Source: Octopus vulgaris
Lineage: Eukaryota
NCBI GenBank assembly: GCA_951406725.2
Contig: OX597818.1
Span: forward strand, 75,702,001-75,766,000
Direction: 5' to 3'
DNA: 64,000 nt
Both the position numbers and the translations under genes were made by a program. Shown piece after piece: positions 12,305-24,753 of this stretch. The first letter of the stretch is position 1. Each line of letters begins with the position of its first letter. The notes beneath the pieces are model-generated. The model saw nothing but the letters and a program-made list of their open reading frames with translations, was not told where the DNA came from and ran no database searches.

Positions 12305-14214
12305 CTCAGTATTAACCATGAAGTTTGAGAGAGAGAAAGAGAGAAGTGTGAGAGGAGGATATGCATTCTATGAAGAATCATTTATTTCATTATTTATTTT
12401 GGCTTCTGAGATCTGTTATTTAGAACTTTTCTTTTAATGTTTTGGCATAGAGTGTGCTGTCTTTATTTCTAAGATTCAAAAGATTGGATTGATTTAAAAA
12501 AAATTTTTTTTTTTATAAATGTTTTGAGTGAATGTGAAATGACAAATTGTACAAAGCCTCTTGCATGTGTGTGTTGTATTGACACACATATGTTTATGTT
12601 AATATTTACATTCTGCACTTAGCTGAGCTATGGATGGTGTCGTATTGTCTTTTATTAACAACAAATTGTTAGTATTTTCCAAGGTTAGTTGAATGAAAAG
12701 GCTCTTTCTTGAAAAACAGGTACAGGTTAATGACAAAAACCTCCAGCTGTAAAAACAACATCTCAGTAATATGTATTCATTCAACCAATTTTTAATACCT
12801 ATGCTGGTATTAAAAATAAATAAAAACAAACGAATATAATAAAAAAGCAAATTAAATAAAAGTCAAATTGATGACATGGAAAAAATACCAAAGTGGATAA
12901 CATTTTTTGTGTAGTTTGATATCATATTGTCCTGGGTTCATATCTTGCTAAACTTAACTTAGCCTATCAATCCTCAAGTACTAATAGGAATGTCAGTAAT
13001 TGTAATGGACGAGGATTGATTAAGTCTATTATATATCTTTCCCAGATTAAGTAGCCTTGTGCTACTTAATCAGCTGAAATCATTAATATTCATTTGATGG
13101 GTAAAGCAGTGAGCTGGCAAAATGCTTAGTGGAATTTCGTCTGTGGATTCAAATGCCGCCAAGATCAGTAAAGTACTAGTTGAGCACTGGGGTCAATATA
13201 ATTGACTTAGCCCCTATCCTGGAATTGCTGGTCTTGTGGCAAAATTTGAAACCAATATTAGTTTGATGGTCACTATGGAATTAGACTATCAGCTCCTGAT
13301 GTACAAAGCTGCCAATCCCTTTAACTGAAGTCAATGCAGTTAAACATATTCACTTGTCTCCAAACAATGACACCATATGTTGCTTTAGAGTTCCTCTAAC
13401 TCCCTAGATCTACACATGGTTAGAGTAGGACTTTCTCTATGTCTGATCTCTATCATTGCTATCACATCTTTGATATTATAGTAGAGCTGTATGACAACCT
13501 CCATCACTACTGTCTCAGCTCTCTAACCTCCATCTCTATTACACAGCTCTGCATATCTCTACAATATACTCCTATTTATACCTTAAAGATTGAGAGAAAT
13601 CCTAATGTCAGATACCCTATAGCAATATTTAGAATAATTCACCATTATTTCTGTGAACTAATGTCTGTGGAACTCTAATGTTTAGGAACTGACGTCAGGA
13701 ATTTTGGTTATGTTCTGTTATGTTTTTTATCTAAAATATATCCAAGCATTTGAGAATTGTAAATAATATTCTTAAGCTATTTTAAGAAATCACTTTGTTT
13801 ATAACTTGTAAATAAAACAAATTTATTGAAAATCTAATTTTAAAATTATCATTTTTGTCTTATTTGATAAATGTCATTGATTCTTGTTTTCAAACTTTGA
13901 TGATGCATGTTAGTGAGCCATGGTCACAATGCAGAAGATAGACAAAAGGGGGAACAAAGCAAGCCTGAGCCACTGATGTGTAAAATCAGTGTACATGATG
14001 ATGTGGTACAGATGAGCTGAGAAAAAAACTGGATGTAAAATAAATCAGTTGTAATGTGCAAGAACAATGGCTATGTAATGTATATGGATTATGACAAGTG
14101 AAGAAGGTACCAGAAGGAACCTATGGAGGGGAAAACCCAAGAAGACATTGTGGAAGTGGTGAAGGCTAATCTCTGGAAGCTGAACCTCACAAAGGAATGC
14201 AAGTGATAGAATAC

Positions 14215-14410
14215 TGCGGTAAATGTAAAGCTAAAGGATTTATGGATTAAAGTATATGTGGTAAAGGATACATAGGATTACAGTAAAGGATATATGGATT
14301 AAGGTAAATGTAAAGGATATGTGGATTACAGTAAAGGATACATATATTAAGGTTAATACAGTAAAGTATGTATAGATTAAGATATTTACAGTAAAAGATA
14401 TATAAAGGGT
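14215..14410. repeat. Degenerate ~20-25 bp minisatellite (taaaggatatatggattacag-like)
   Basis: Recurrent gtaaaggata...ggatta units. Confidence 0.6.
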
Positions 14411-14529
14411 TTAAAAGTCAGTGTAATAAAGTCTCAGTGAAGGTAATGATATTTACAAGTTATACATCACACTTTTAACAACTGTCATGTTTATTATACC
14501 AAATAATTTCAATCCAGTTCTATATTTAA

Positions 14530-15607
14530 CCCTTTCGTTACTATATTTCTGACCAAAATACACCCCTTATGTGTTTCAATTAATTTCTAACATAATTATA
14601 AATTTAGTCTGGTTTCATTAAACAACTATAACTTTTTTATTTATCAATATATTAACGTGAATTTTGGAAGATAATTTAATGAAATGTTCTCAACCAATTC
14701 TATACTATAATTTTTGTCACAAAGTGACTCTAATTGCAGGTAGATACAGGTAAATTCAACAAAATATAAAATTATTAAAATTTTGTTCAAACATCGCTAT
14801 AGAAAATAGGTTATTAGCTAATATTCAATTGGGTATACAACAAAATTTTACGAAAGAATTTGTTATTCTGGGTAACTTTCTGATACCCATAATAATATTT
14901 ATGGCAAAATAGTCTTAATTTCATTTAAGGTTATGGGAAACCACTAACTATCATTTCTTTCGTTTTGTTTACATTTAGCGTAACGGTTCGTTTCTGCCGT
15001 AATGATTTCAAATAGGCTCATTCGAAAAAGTAAAAAGAAATAGTCTAAGGCTTCACTTTTCTGGGAAAGTCTGTGGCTTGGTCCAGTTTCTTCAGAAAAA
15101 TCACCGAAAGAAACAGTTTTAAAATTTTCACTCCATTCAGGTGCCAATTCATTTTCTTTATCGCTGTCGGAGCTCTTGGATTCACTGTTTTCACTTTCGG
15201 TAAATGAAACATCGGATTCATTATCAAATACCTCGTGCTTTTTTTTTTTTCAGTCATAGAGTTAGATTTATGAAGATCTTCAGTAGAAAATCCTTCGAAT
15301 TCTGACTCGCTTCTTGATATAATGAAATTCGTATCCATTTTTTGTCAGAATTACAAATTTTGAAGACACAATAGGAACAAATTTCGGAAAAAAATCTCCC
15401 AAAATTCACGGAATTAAAATTACACTTTGATTTTTGTACAAAACTGTAGTTGAACTCTTTACGAAGTATAATACGTATTTTCACAAATGTACTAAAGAGA
15501 TTTGCTCTGATATTCTCATTTAAATATGAATAGGTAAATTCGGGCAGCTTTGGGCAGTTTGGTCACATTAACCAAAATCTTTTTCGGGCGGTTTGGTAAC
15601 GAAAGGG
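14530..15607 (-). mobile_element. Internally deleted piggyBac transposon
   Basis: TTAA target-site duplications (14526-29, 15608-11); perfect 12-bp TIR CCCTTTCGTTAC; minus-strand acidic N-terminus plus 'LDYFFLLF...LFEIITAETNRYA', typical of piggyBac/PGBD transposase. Confidence 0.92.
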
Positions 15608-15670
15608 TTAAGAGATGAAGAATTATTTACATTTGATGGATATTTGTCCTCATCTAGTTTGTTGTTAACA

Positions 15671-16293
15671 AGCATGACCTTTGAACTTTAGGCCTCACCA
15701 AGGAAATGACTAGTGACTGAGACCTTTGGAAATATGCTGTGCTTGAGAAGACCCAGCAAGCCAAATGAGACCATAACCTCGTGGCCTATGCCAGGAGCAT
15801 AACCAGCCCACTTATGCATACCTTTTCCTTCTTTGGACACTAAACTCTGCTTGCGAAGACCTGTTGAGGCAGGTGAAATCAAAATCAAATTCGATGACTG
15901 GCATCCGTGCCAGTGGCACATTAAAGGCAGCATTCGAGTGTGATCGTTGCCTTACTGGCGCTAGTGCCCATGCTAGTAGGGTGCCAAGAGCACAATCCGA
16001 GCATGATCGTTGCCAGAGCAGCTAACTGGCTTCCATGCCGGTAGCACGTAAAAGGCACCATTCGAGCATGATCGTTACCAGCGTCGCCTTACTGGCACCT
16101 GTACCGGTGGCATGTGGAAAAAGATTTGAGTGAGGTCGTTGCCATTACCGCCTGACTGTGCCAGTGGCACGTAAAAAGCACCCACTACACTCTCGGAGTG
16201 GTTGGCGTTAGGAAGGGCATCAAGCCCTCAGTCAAAATCGTCCAACCCATGCTAGCATGAAAAGTGGAAGTTAAACGATGATGATGATGATGA
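15671..16293 (+). mobile_element. RTE LINE 3' fragment
   Basis: ORF end, 3' UTR and (GAT)n tail homologous to 57228-58835. Confidence 0.88.
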
Positions 16294-17389
16294 CAACTTT
16301 TCGGCTGATATACCCTCCAGCCTTCATCAGGTGTCTTGGGGAAATTTCGAACCTGGGTTCTAATTCCTAGGGTATTTTTCGATGTTATTATTCAGGAATC
16401 AAACTTGGGATCTTGGGGTTAAGAGCGTGGGCTACTAACCCCAAGATTCCGAAATCGATTCCAGGCAGTGACCTGAATACTAATAATAATAATAATAACA
16501 ACAACTGAAAAAATACCTTAGGAATGAGAACCCAGGTTCGAAATTTCCCCAAGACACTTGATGAAGGCTGGAGGGTTGTGTTACCAACAGACGAGGGCAA
16601 ATATCCATCAAATGTAAATAATTTCAATCCATTTTAATTTTGGAGCTCTCTCCTTTGTCCAGCCAATTTTCATTAAGGCTAGTGGTTTCAATTAAAAGTT
16701 CTTTTTGTCTCACTGCATTTAATTTTAAGTACAATTGAATTTAATGTTGTTTTTTTTTAACTGGGACATCACAGTAACTTGGTAAGCTTTCAACTTTGAT
16801 GAAATAACAATAAATTATTAAATAAAAATTAACTTGTATTATACAATAATAACACTGTAACACGATTTTTATCCTTGGGTAGTAAGTTTCCCATTTGCTT
16901 ACCCATAGAAAGTAGGAAAAAATGGCTAATATTTCCTTCAAACTTTGCTTTTATTACATTTATTCAAACCTCAAAGAATCCTTCTCAACACATGTTTGTG
17001 ATGCCCTCTCTTTACTCCTCATGATCAGAGATGCACATATTGTCAGCCACTAAGGGACATGCTTAAGTGTTTAAGGTCAAGTAACTGACAAGCAAGTCCA
17101 TGGTATTGAGCAGAATATTTGCTATAATATTTCTGTTTCTACAACTCAGCACTGAATCTGCCTGAAATGTAATGGAAAATAGGTCAGTTTCAAAATATTG
17201 ATGTCCAAGTCACAAAAGCAAAGTTTGAAGTGAATAGTAGTCATTTCTTTTGATTTCTAGATAGAAACAAATGATTGATTAATTGGTTAGATATTTAACC
17301 ACTTAACTAACAAGAAAGAAATTATATTGAACCAACATGTGTGTTTATTATTATTGACATAAACTCTTTGAGTGAGTTTAACTATTATA

Positions 17390-18241
17390 CATGGTTTGAT
17401 CAATAAGTATCCAGACTGTTGCTATAGTAACGATACTAAAGCATGTAGAGTGAAGCTGCTTGGCATAGATTGACTTTAAATTTTGCTGTGCATGATCACT
17501 TCTGCTGTTTACAGAAGTACTTGGAGGAAGGTGTGTAACATTGACTATGACAGAGAAAGTTGAGCAGAGAATTTGCATCAAATTTTACCAAAAGCTTGGC
17601 AATATCTGTTCAGTGACCTATGCAGTGTTTTGAAAAAGTTTTCGTTCTCAACATAATCAAGATCTTGTGCAACTGAAAGCTGAGTGTCCTTTTGGTCAGC
17701 TGAAAGCAGTTTTGGCACAAACTTAACAGATACACATCTCATACCCAAATCTTCAGTGATAATGGACTGAGCTGAACTGTAACTAATCCGCACATCCTCT
17801 GATAACTCACAGATGGTGATTCAGGGATTTCCCCTCACAGCTGCATGCACAACTGCGATGTTTTTCTCAGTTCTGCTGGTTGTGGGTCTCCCTGAATGTT
17901 CATCAATATTGACATTTTTCAGCCATCTTGGAAACATCTGAACCGCTCGTACAATTGGGTGTGGCTCATACATCCCTTTCCATACCCTTTCTGCAACTTT
18001 GCATAGGCCTCTGAGCAGGTATCGCCATGACAACATTCTCTGTCATGGTCAATGCAACAATTACATGCTACACATCTTCCTTCCGAGCACTGCTGTAAGC
18101 AGCAGAAGTGAGCTAGAACATTAAACTTAGTGCACATGCACGGCACTGCTCAAGGTCAATATGTGGCAAGCGGTTTCACTCTGCGTGCTTTAGCTTAGTT
18201 TCTATGGCAACAGTCTGGATACTTATTAATTAAACCTCACA
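17390..18241. mobile_element. mariner derivative with two inverted 5' ends
   Basis: TIRs tttgatcaataagtatccagactgttgc / gcaacagtctggatacttattaattaaa; transposase N-terminus on + (MTEKVEQRICIKF, 17547) and on - (...DEHSGRPTTS...VKFVPKLLS). Confidence 0.85.
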
Positions 18242-18449
18242 TAAGTGAAACACTTGTATTTAATATACAGAATGCAACCATTGGTGTTAGGGAAAGAAAG
18301 AAGAGAACAAAGCACAGCAGATCAGTTGGTAAAGTGGAAGTACAGTGTGTTTTGACAAGCTGCTGCCACCAAAATTTCAGGCCTTGTGCCTAAAATATAA
18401 AGGATTAATGAATGTGTGTGCTCATGTATCTAAACATCTTCAACAAAAG

Positions 18450-18838
18450 TGCAGGAGTGGCTGTATGGTAAGTAGATTGCTTACCAACCACATGGTTCCG
18501 GGTTCAGTCCCACTGCGTGGCATGTTGGGCAAGTGTCTTCTACTATAGCCTCGGCTGACCAAAGCCTTGAGTGGATTTGGTAGACGGAAACTGAAAGAAG
18601 CCCATCGTATATATGTATATATATATGTGTGTGTGTATGTGTCTGTGTTTGTCCCCCTAGCATTGCTTGACAACCGATGCTGGTGTGTCTACGTCGCCGT
18701 CACTTAGCGGTTCGGCAAAAGAGACCAATAGAATAAGTACTGGGCTTACAAATTAAAAGTCCTGGGGTCGATTTGCTCGACTAAAGGCGGTGCTCCAGTA
18801 TGGCCGCAGTCAAATGACTGAAACAAGTAAAAGAGTAA
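18450..18838 (+). mobile_element. Full-length tRNA-derived SINE (abundant family in this window)
   Basis: A-box tggctgtatggtaag and B-box ggttcagtccc, internal (TA/TG)n, shared 3' end ...tgactgaaacaagtaaaagagta; many partial copies. Confidence 0.85.
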
Positions 18839-20225
18839 ATATGTACGGTCACATGATACAATTCAACATTACAGTAAGAGTAACACTCAACATCAAGGTT
18901 TACAAAACAGAAAGAAACAAGTAGAGACTTGAGACAAGGGAGAATTAAAACAAATTATCTGTTGATGTCAGCTGAAGATGATATACTATTCATTGTTGTG
19001 AGAGGATCTGTAATGTAATGTGACTTAAACCAATAGAGTGGCTTGAAAGACCACAAATTTGAGGACACCTTGGTCAGCAGTCATACTAATGTTACCAGAA
19101 GTGATATCCAAACAACTTGTTCTTTCTTGTACATAGTGAGTGATAGAGAGACAGGAGATAAAGGGACAGTTATATATTTTTTTTTTTAATAATTTTTGCT
19201 TGCTAGGTCTGAAGAAAGGGACAGTGCATACAGCTTATGCAGGCCCGCCTAGACCAGTGGGTTTGACACCATCAATGTTCCTCTTAAACTTTTACAAGTA
19301 AACACTGTGCAGGTAGAACATAAATAGGATGTGAAATCAAGAGATCTGACGTTCTGGGGAGAAAGAACTGGGGGCATTGGTAAGCATGGGGTAGGAGAGG
19401 GGGGGTGAAACAGTACAGAGGTGATGAGAAGAGGAGATAAAAGTTGATAGGGAATTCCTATGTGTAGATCTGGGCAGGAGCATTTGAAGGCTCCAGGTTG
19501 GAGATAAGAAAAAACCTGAAAAAATTATATACATTGTAGAGGGAAGGTAGTTCCAGAATGATAAGAGAATTTCCGAGAGTATAGAATAGTGAGGACACAT
19601 AGTATTAGGGAAGTAATCATGTCATGGATTCTCCATTGGTCTCGACGATGAGCATTCAGTTGTGCAACCAACTGGATTCCTACTGGTGAAACGAGGAGAA
19701 TCAAATACAGCCCAATAGGGCTGGTAATTTATTAATCGAAGCACAAGGTATTTTATCCAACACTCTACTGACTCGGTTGATTGATTACTAAATAGGAAAT
19801 ACAGAATTATGGAAAATATGGGTTTGTGGAGATTATAAATTAATGATGCTTACATGACAAAGCAGGGGCGTTAGATCATAGCATAGAATTACTTGTATTT
19901 TTCCCCGACACTGCGCTCTGAATTCAAATCCCGTCAAGGCCACCTTTGCCTTTCATCCCTACGAGATCAATAATTATTATGTCGCTCAAATACTGAGAAC
20001 GGTTTCTCCTTTCTTTTGAAATTAGTGGACACGTTGGAAAATAAACATTGATTTTTTTTTTTAATCAATATAGGTGAATAAAAGAATGGAAAAGTGTTAT
20101 ACCCATTATAAATCATTAAACTGTTATTTAATCGCAGCAGCGATCGACATTTTTTCTACAGTATTTTCTTTATGGAGCCCTGTATTAAGGAATACATTAT
20201 TTCTAAAAGCGAAGAGTAATGAGCT

Positions 20226-20239
20226 GTTACCATGACAAC
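20226..20239. promoter_or_regulatory. RFX X-box upstream of CCDC191
   Basis: GTTACC-AT-GACAAC matches GTHNYY-AT-RRNAAC; lies in a repeat-poor stretch ~375 bp before the ATG; possible 5' UTR donor CAG|gtaagt at 20489. Confidence 0.7.
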
Positions 20240-20601
20240 GGAGTAGCGCAACAAGAAACAAGGGAGATAAGTGTTTGAAATTATACTGTTTCATGATTTC
20301 TGCTTAAGTATAGGTTTAAATATTATTAAACAGACAACTATTGATATCCTAATCTATTCGCTAAAAGGATTTTATTTCTAAAATCCTTTTAGTGAATTTT
20401 AGAAAAACTATCGAAAGTACTCATTGACTTGCCGTAAAGTCAGACATTTCATCTCTATTTCCTTATATTTTATTTATTTAGCATTCCAGGTAAGTTTTCG
20501 GGACTTCCACCAGGACAGAGGATAGGAATTAGCAGAGTTATATAGAGCGATATATATAAACTAACGACTCTTTAAATCGAGCATCAACATTTTATTTAAC
20601 G

Positions 20602-20709
20602 ATGCCATTGTCATTCTTCACTAAAAGTTTTGTTTCTAAGAATACAGCGAAGGCTGACAATGGGATAAAGTCATCTCGACGGAAAAGGCGCTTAATCTCC
20701 AGATCTCAG
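20602..20709 (+). CDS. CCDC191: CCDC191 probable first coding exon (MPLSFFTKSF...RRKRRLISRSQ)
   Basis: ATG, basic N-terminus, CAG|gtaaat donor in phase 0 with the next exon. Confidence 0.65.
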
Positions 20710-21604
20710 GTAAATAAACAACCAGTTTATTTTATTAACTTCAGTTTCTTCATCACCACTATCAACCTCAACGTAAATGTGTTTCTTTAGATGTCATATT
20801 CATTTCTAATTTGTATCAATTAGTCTTAGGTAAGGTGAACGTATCTAGTTTTTCCATGCTCTTCTCGGAGATGATGGGGATATTAAATGAGTGCAGTCAG
20901 AAAAATTTCAAGCTATTGTCATCGATGAATTAACAGATTCGTTATAACTATTTCCATTTACGGCCATTTAAGTTCGAGTTCATATTCTCCCAAGGTTAAC
21001 TTTGTCGTCTTGGGTCAATAAAATTAATACCAATTAACTACACAGTTACATATCCCCAAATGTGTGGTCTTGTGTCCAAGTTAGACTGTTAGAGATCAAT
21101 AATTTTGAATTACTGATGGTCTGAGAAAAAAGAACTAAAATAGAAACCCATCTTAAATAATGTTCTGACAAAGAAATATTATAAAAGTATTTTATATATG
21201 CAGTTAATATCGAAACAAAAACGTAAAGAAAAGGAATTTTTCAGCTTAACATATTTTTCTAGCAGTTTTATATTCATGGTTAGAATTGTTTTTTTTTTTG
21301 TTTTTTTTTTTTGCTTGTTTTCATTTTATTTTCAAATTTAGATATTAGCATGGGTTTTTAAGTCATTCTGTGTTTATACCTAAAATACCTAAATACAATT
21401 GCCAATGTAACCCGTCGTTAAAATGTATTCCCAAACTGCTTTCCGGCATTGGTTCCAAGTTCTCTATTGCATGAGCTCAAATCTCGCCAAGGCCAACTTC
21501 ATCTTTCTCCGACGAGTTGTAATGCACCTGAGCACTGTATGCAATAAGCTTATTATGTTACTCATGAGCCAAATTCCCGCCGAAGTCAACTTTGCTCTTC
21601 AACC

Positions 21605-22642
21605 TGTAGTGAACGACCGTACGTAAAGGAGTTGGTGACAAATGTTTCCTTTTAAACGCCGCACGATCGCCCTAACAAAGAAGAGAGCCAAATAAATGGT
21701 ATAAAGAGTAAGAGTGCCAGTAAAGAATGAGGAAAACACAACCGTTCTACTGTTTGAGAGAAAGAAGACTTTATTTACAGATGTGTGCAATAATGATAAG
21801 AGCGTGTGTGGGAGCTAGCAGAGTGTACGTTTGAATGCGTGTGACAAGTGTTTGTGTCTGTGTGTTCGTGTAAGTGTGTACAAAAGAACAAACAAGGTGT
21901 ATGCGTGTAAGACAAAATACAGAGCATAGAAAGAGTCTCGGGATATTTCAGACAAGATGGAGTTAATTACCAGTTCCGTGTATGAAACGCCATAGCAGTG
22001 GTTCTGTATCAAGGAGGTCGGTGGTCACATGTGCAGATGATGGTTGAATACACATCGTGTAGCAATTGTGGCTTCGATGCTGTGCCAAAGTAATTTGGCA
22101 CAGAAGATCTCGCAGATAGAGCTGAGTTGTTAACCTTGGTGAGTATCACAAATAGTGTGAAAGTTAAACCTGAGTGGGTTGCAGTGTACGTATTGGTGAA
22201 GTCGACGGTGGTGATGGCGACGGTAGAGAAAGGCAATGTTGAGATGAAGGCGATGGTGGTGGAAAAACGTTGGTAGAGATGCTGCATGTTGGTGTCGTCG
22301 CGGGAAGATGGCTGGGTTGCTGGAACTGGATGTTTGGTTTGTCGCTAGCTGCTGTATGGTCAATGGTCAGAGACCAAAGATCGAGATATAGCGAATGCTC
22401 GGGCCTTTTAAAGCAGAAGGTGGGCTCTAGTGAAAACCCAAAAAGACTGTATCATGGGACCTTATCCGAAGGTTCTGATTGGTTGGTTTATGCAATGGTG
22501 CGAAATAAAACTGCACCAAAACCAACCAATCAGAGTAGTGGACGCAACTGAGCCTAAGCAGCCGAAAGATGGCTGCTAACTGACACGACATCATTTCTAT
22601 GATCTCTCTCAAACAGTGAAGATATCACCGAGCTATGCTACA
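21605..22642. mobile_element. Solo LTR (~1.04 kb) inserted in a SINE
   Basis: TGTAG...CTACA termini; AACC duplicated on both sides; flanks rejoin into one SINE. Confidence 0.8.
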
Positions 22643-22729
22643 AACCTTTCTGAGTCGATAAAATAAGTATCAGTTAAACAATAGGATCGATATAATTGAC
22701 TAACCCCCTCCCTCTAAAATTGCATGCCT

Positions 22730-24400
22730 TGTACCGGTTAGCTGGAAGAAACATTTGCATGCCGGACAAGACCCATACAGTTCTTCTATGCGTCCAAAAT
22801 ACTATTCCAGCCCCTCACTAGTACTAAAGTGTGAGATGTTCCCAGGAATGTTTCCAGATGCCTGTCAGAGCATACACGGCCACTAATCTAAAGGTTCCAC
22901 CTTCACCGCCATTCACATCTAAGACCACCAATCTATCGCCTGGGTCCAAGAAGATTGCCCTTACTTTGAGACCTAAGGATTTTCAGAATAATACTGCTAC
23001 ACCGCTGCCTGCTCCCGACATACCATAAGACGAGAATACTTCATAATCTTTGAAAATGAATGCAAGAGCATGTTTCCTGGCAATTCTCGTCGGAAAGACT
23101 TCTGTCCTCATTTTCTCCTACATTTGTTTATTTAAAAAAATTTTTTTGCCAAAAATCCTGGCAAGCTTGCTCTTCTTCTGCTCCAGACAACACACAATAC
23201 TTACAGGTTATTAGAGAACTGATCCGTCAGGGACCGTTCTTCTTCACGAAACTATTCTACAGGGAGAACCAGACGTCGTTCCTTCTCGCACAGATGCGTG
23301 CTTCCTGCTCCACCAATTTGTTGATACCATAGGAAATTCAAGAACTAGGCTGAAAAGTGTACACAGCCCTGCTCTTACTCTTCTCAGGGAAACTAGGCTG
23401 GGAGGCACTGGGCACATCAGTTGTCTCCCCCATTGATTCACCTTACCGTGCATTTTTTATCCGTCTGGCCCCGAAGGTTTACTTCCACTAATCCTGGTCC
23501 TTCCGACATATCTCTCTACAAGGTAATCACTCCACCATTAAAACCTACACTGAATTTATCACTCCGTAGGAATTTCAAGTGGATCTTCATCATTGCTGAC
23601 CTGCCACCAATGCTTCCTCATGACTAGTCTATTTCTTCTACAGTACCTCCAGATATTTCTACTTGGACTTATGTGTTTGTAAGAAATGATGCCGTCAAGG
23701 GACTGCTCACACCTCCCTACACTGGTCCCTATCGTGTTCTTAGAAGCACACCGAAACTATTCATTGTGGATATTCATGGGGAAAAAAGAGACTGTCTCTG
23801 TCGACAGAGTCAAAAAAAAGCCTTTTCCAAAACATTCATGCCATTTGCTGACACACCCATCATTCTACAAACACTGCCACCCCCACCCCCACAAGCATCA
23901 CCTCTACTCACCAAAAAACCAACTACACAAATGCATTCTTCACCCTACAGGACACATTCTGCCAGATCAGTTCATTGGCTGAAGAAATTGTCTCAAACTA
24001 TTTACATTTCTTAATTTTGCCTTGCCAGTGACTGTTCTGGAGAATAGACTCATGCTTGTTATAGACACCGCATTCATATTTTCTCTTTCTGTACCATTGT
24101 ACATATATACCTTGTTCTATTTGATTGGAGACATTTCTTTGCTGAATGTTTTTTCCCTGTACATACTTGCATTGTATTTTTCAATTGTATCTAACGGATA
24201 TTTTTCTGCATGTTTCCTCAAAATTTGTTCATACAACTGTTTTGCCATGGTTCATTCTTCTGTGCCCTTCTATCGCACACATACTTCGCCTACCTTACTT
24301 TTGTTTGACTGGTTCTGGTCTAAGGGGCCCCCCTGTTGGCGCAGTTATCTCCCCTGACAGTTGCTGCCTAAATTAGCTGGCCACAAGAGAGTACACTCAG
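22730..24400 (+). mobile_element. Decayed Gypsy LTR-retrotransposon fragments
   Basis: Integrase C-terminal GPY/F motif VFVRNDAV...PPYTGPYRVL...VSVDRVK at 23673-23820; heavily mutated; boundaries approximate. Confidence 0.7.
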
Positions 24401-24753
24401 CGCTAAGGTTCGGACACTAATTAACTTCCTCTTTCTCATCAAGATGCCAGCCCATGAAGACTTGACCTAGCTGGCTCTTATATACACCCAGACAGCTAGA
24501 TGACATGAGGTAGTACACAAAAGATGAACATGGCCCTTCATTTATGAATTCTTTCCATTGTCATTCAACTTGTATATATTTGAGATCCAGAGTAAAGTAT
24601 TTAAAGTTACAGCTTTGTTCTATGAATTCATTGTACTGTATTTCTTTATTGAATGACATATTACAGCCTTCTGAACAGAGTCATCATTAGATGGTTTCAC
24701 AGTGAGAACAGCACCATCTAAACCTTGTATTTTCACACTTAATACTCTATGTA

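Larger units (their letters stand above)
14515..16623. mobile_element. Fold-back hammerhead element (same family as 52231-52599), split by piggyBac and RTE insertions
   Basis: Removing 14530-15611 and 15671-16293 restores the sequence seen at 52236-52599. Confidence 0.8.

Noticed and set aside
16417-16462. Functional tRNA gene
   Set aside because: No acceptor stem and a mutated B-box; treated as a tRNA-derived repeat head.
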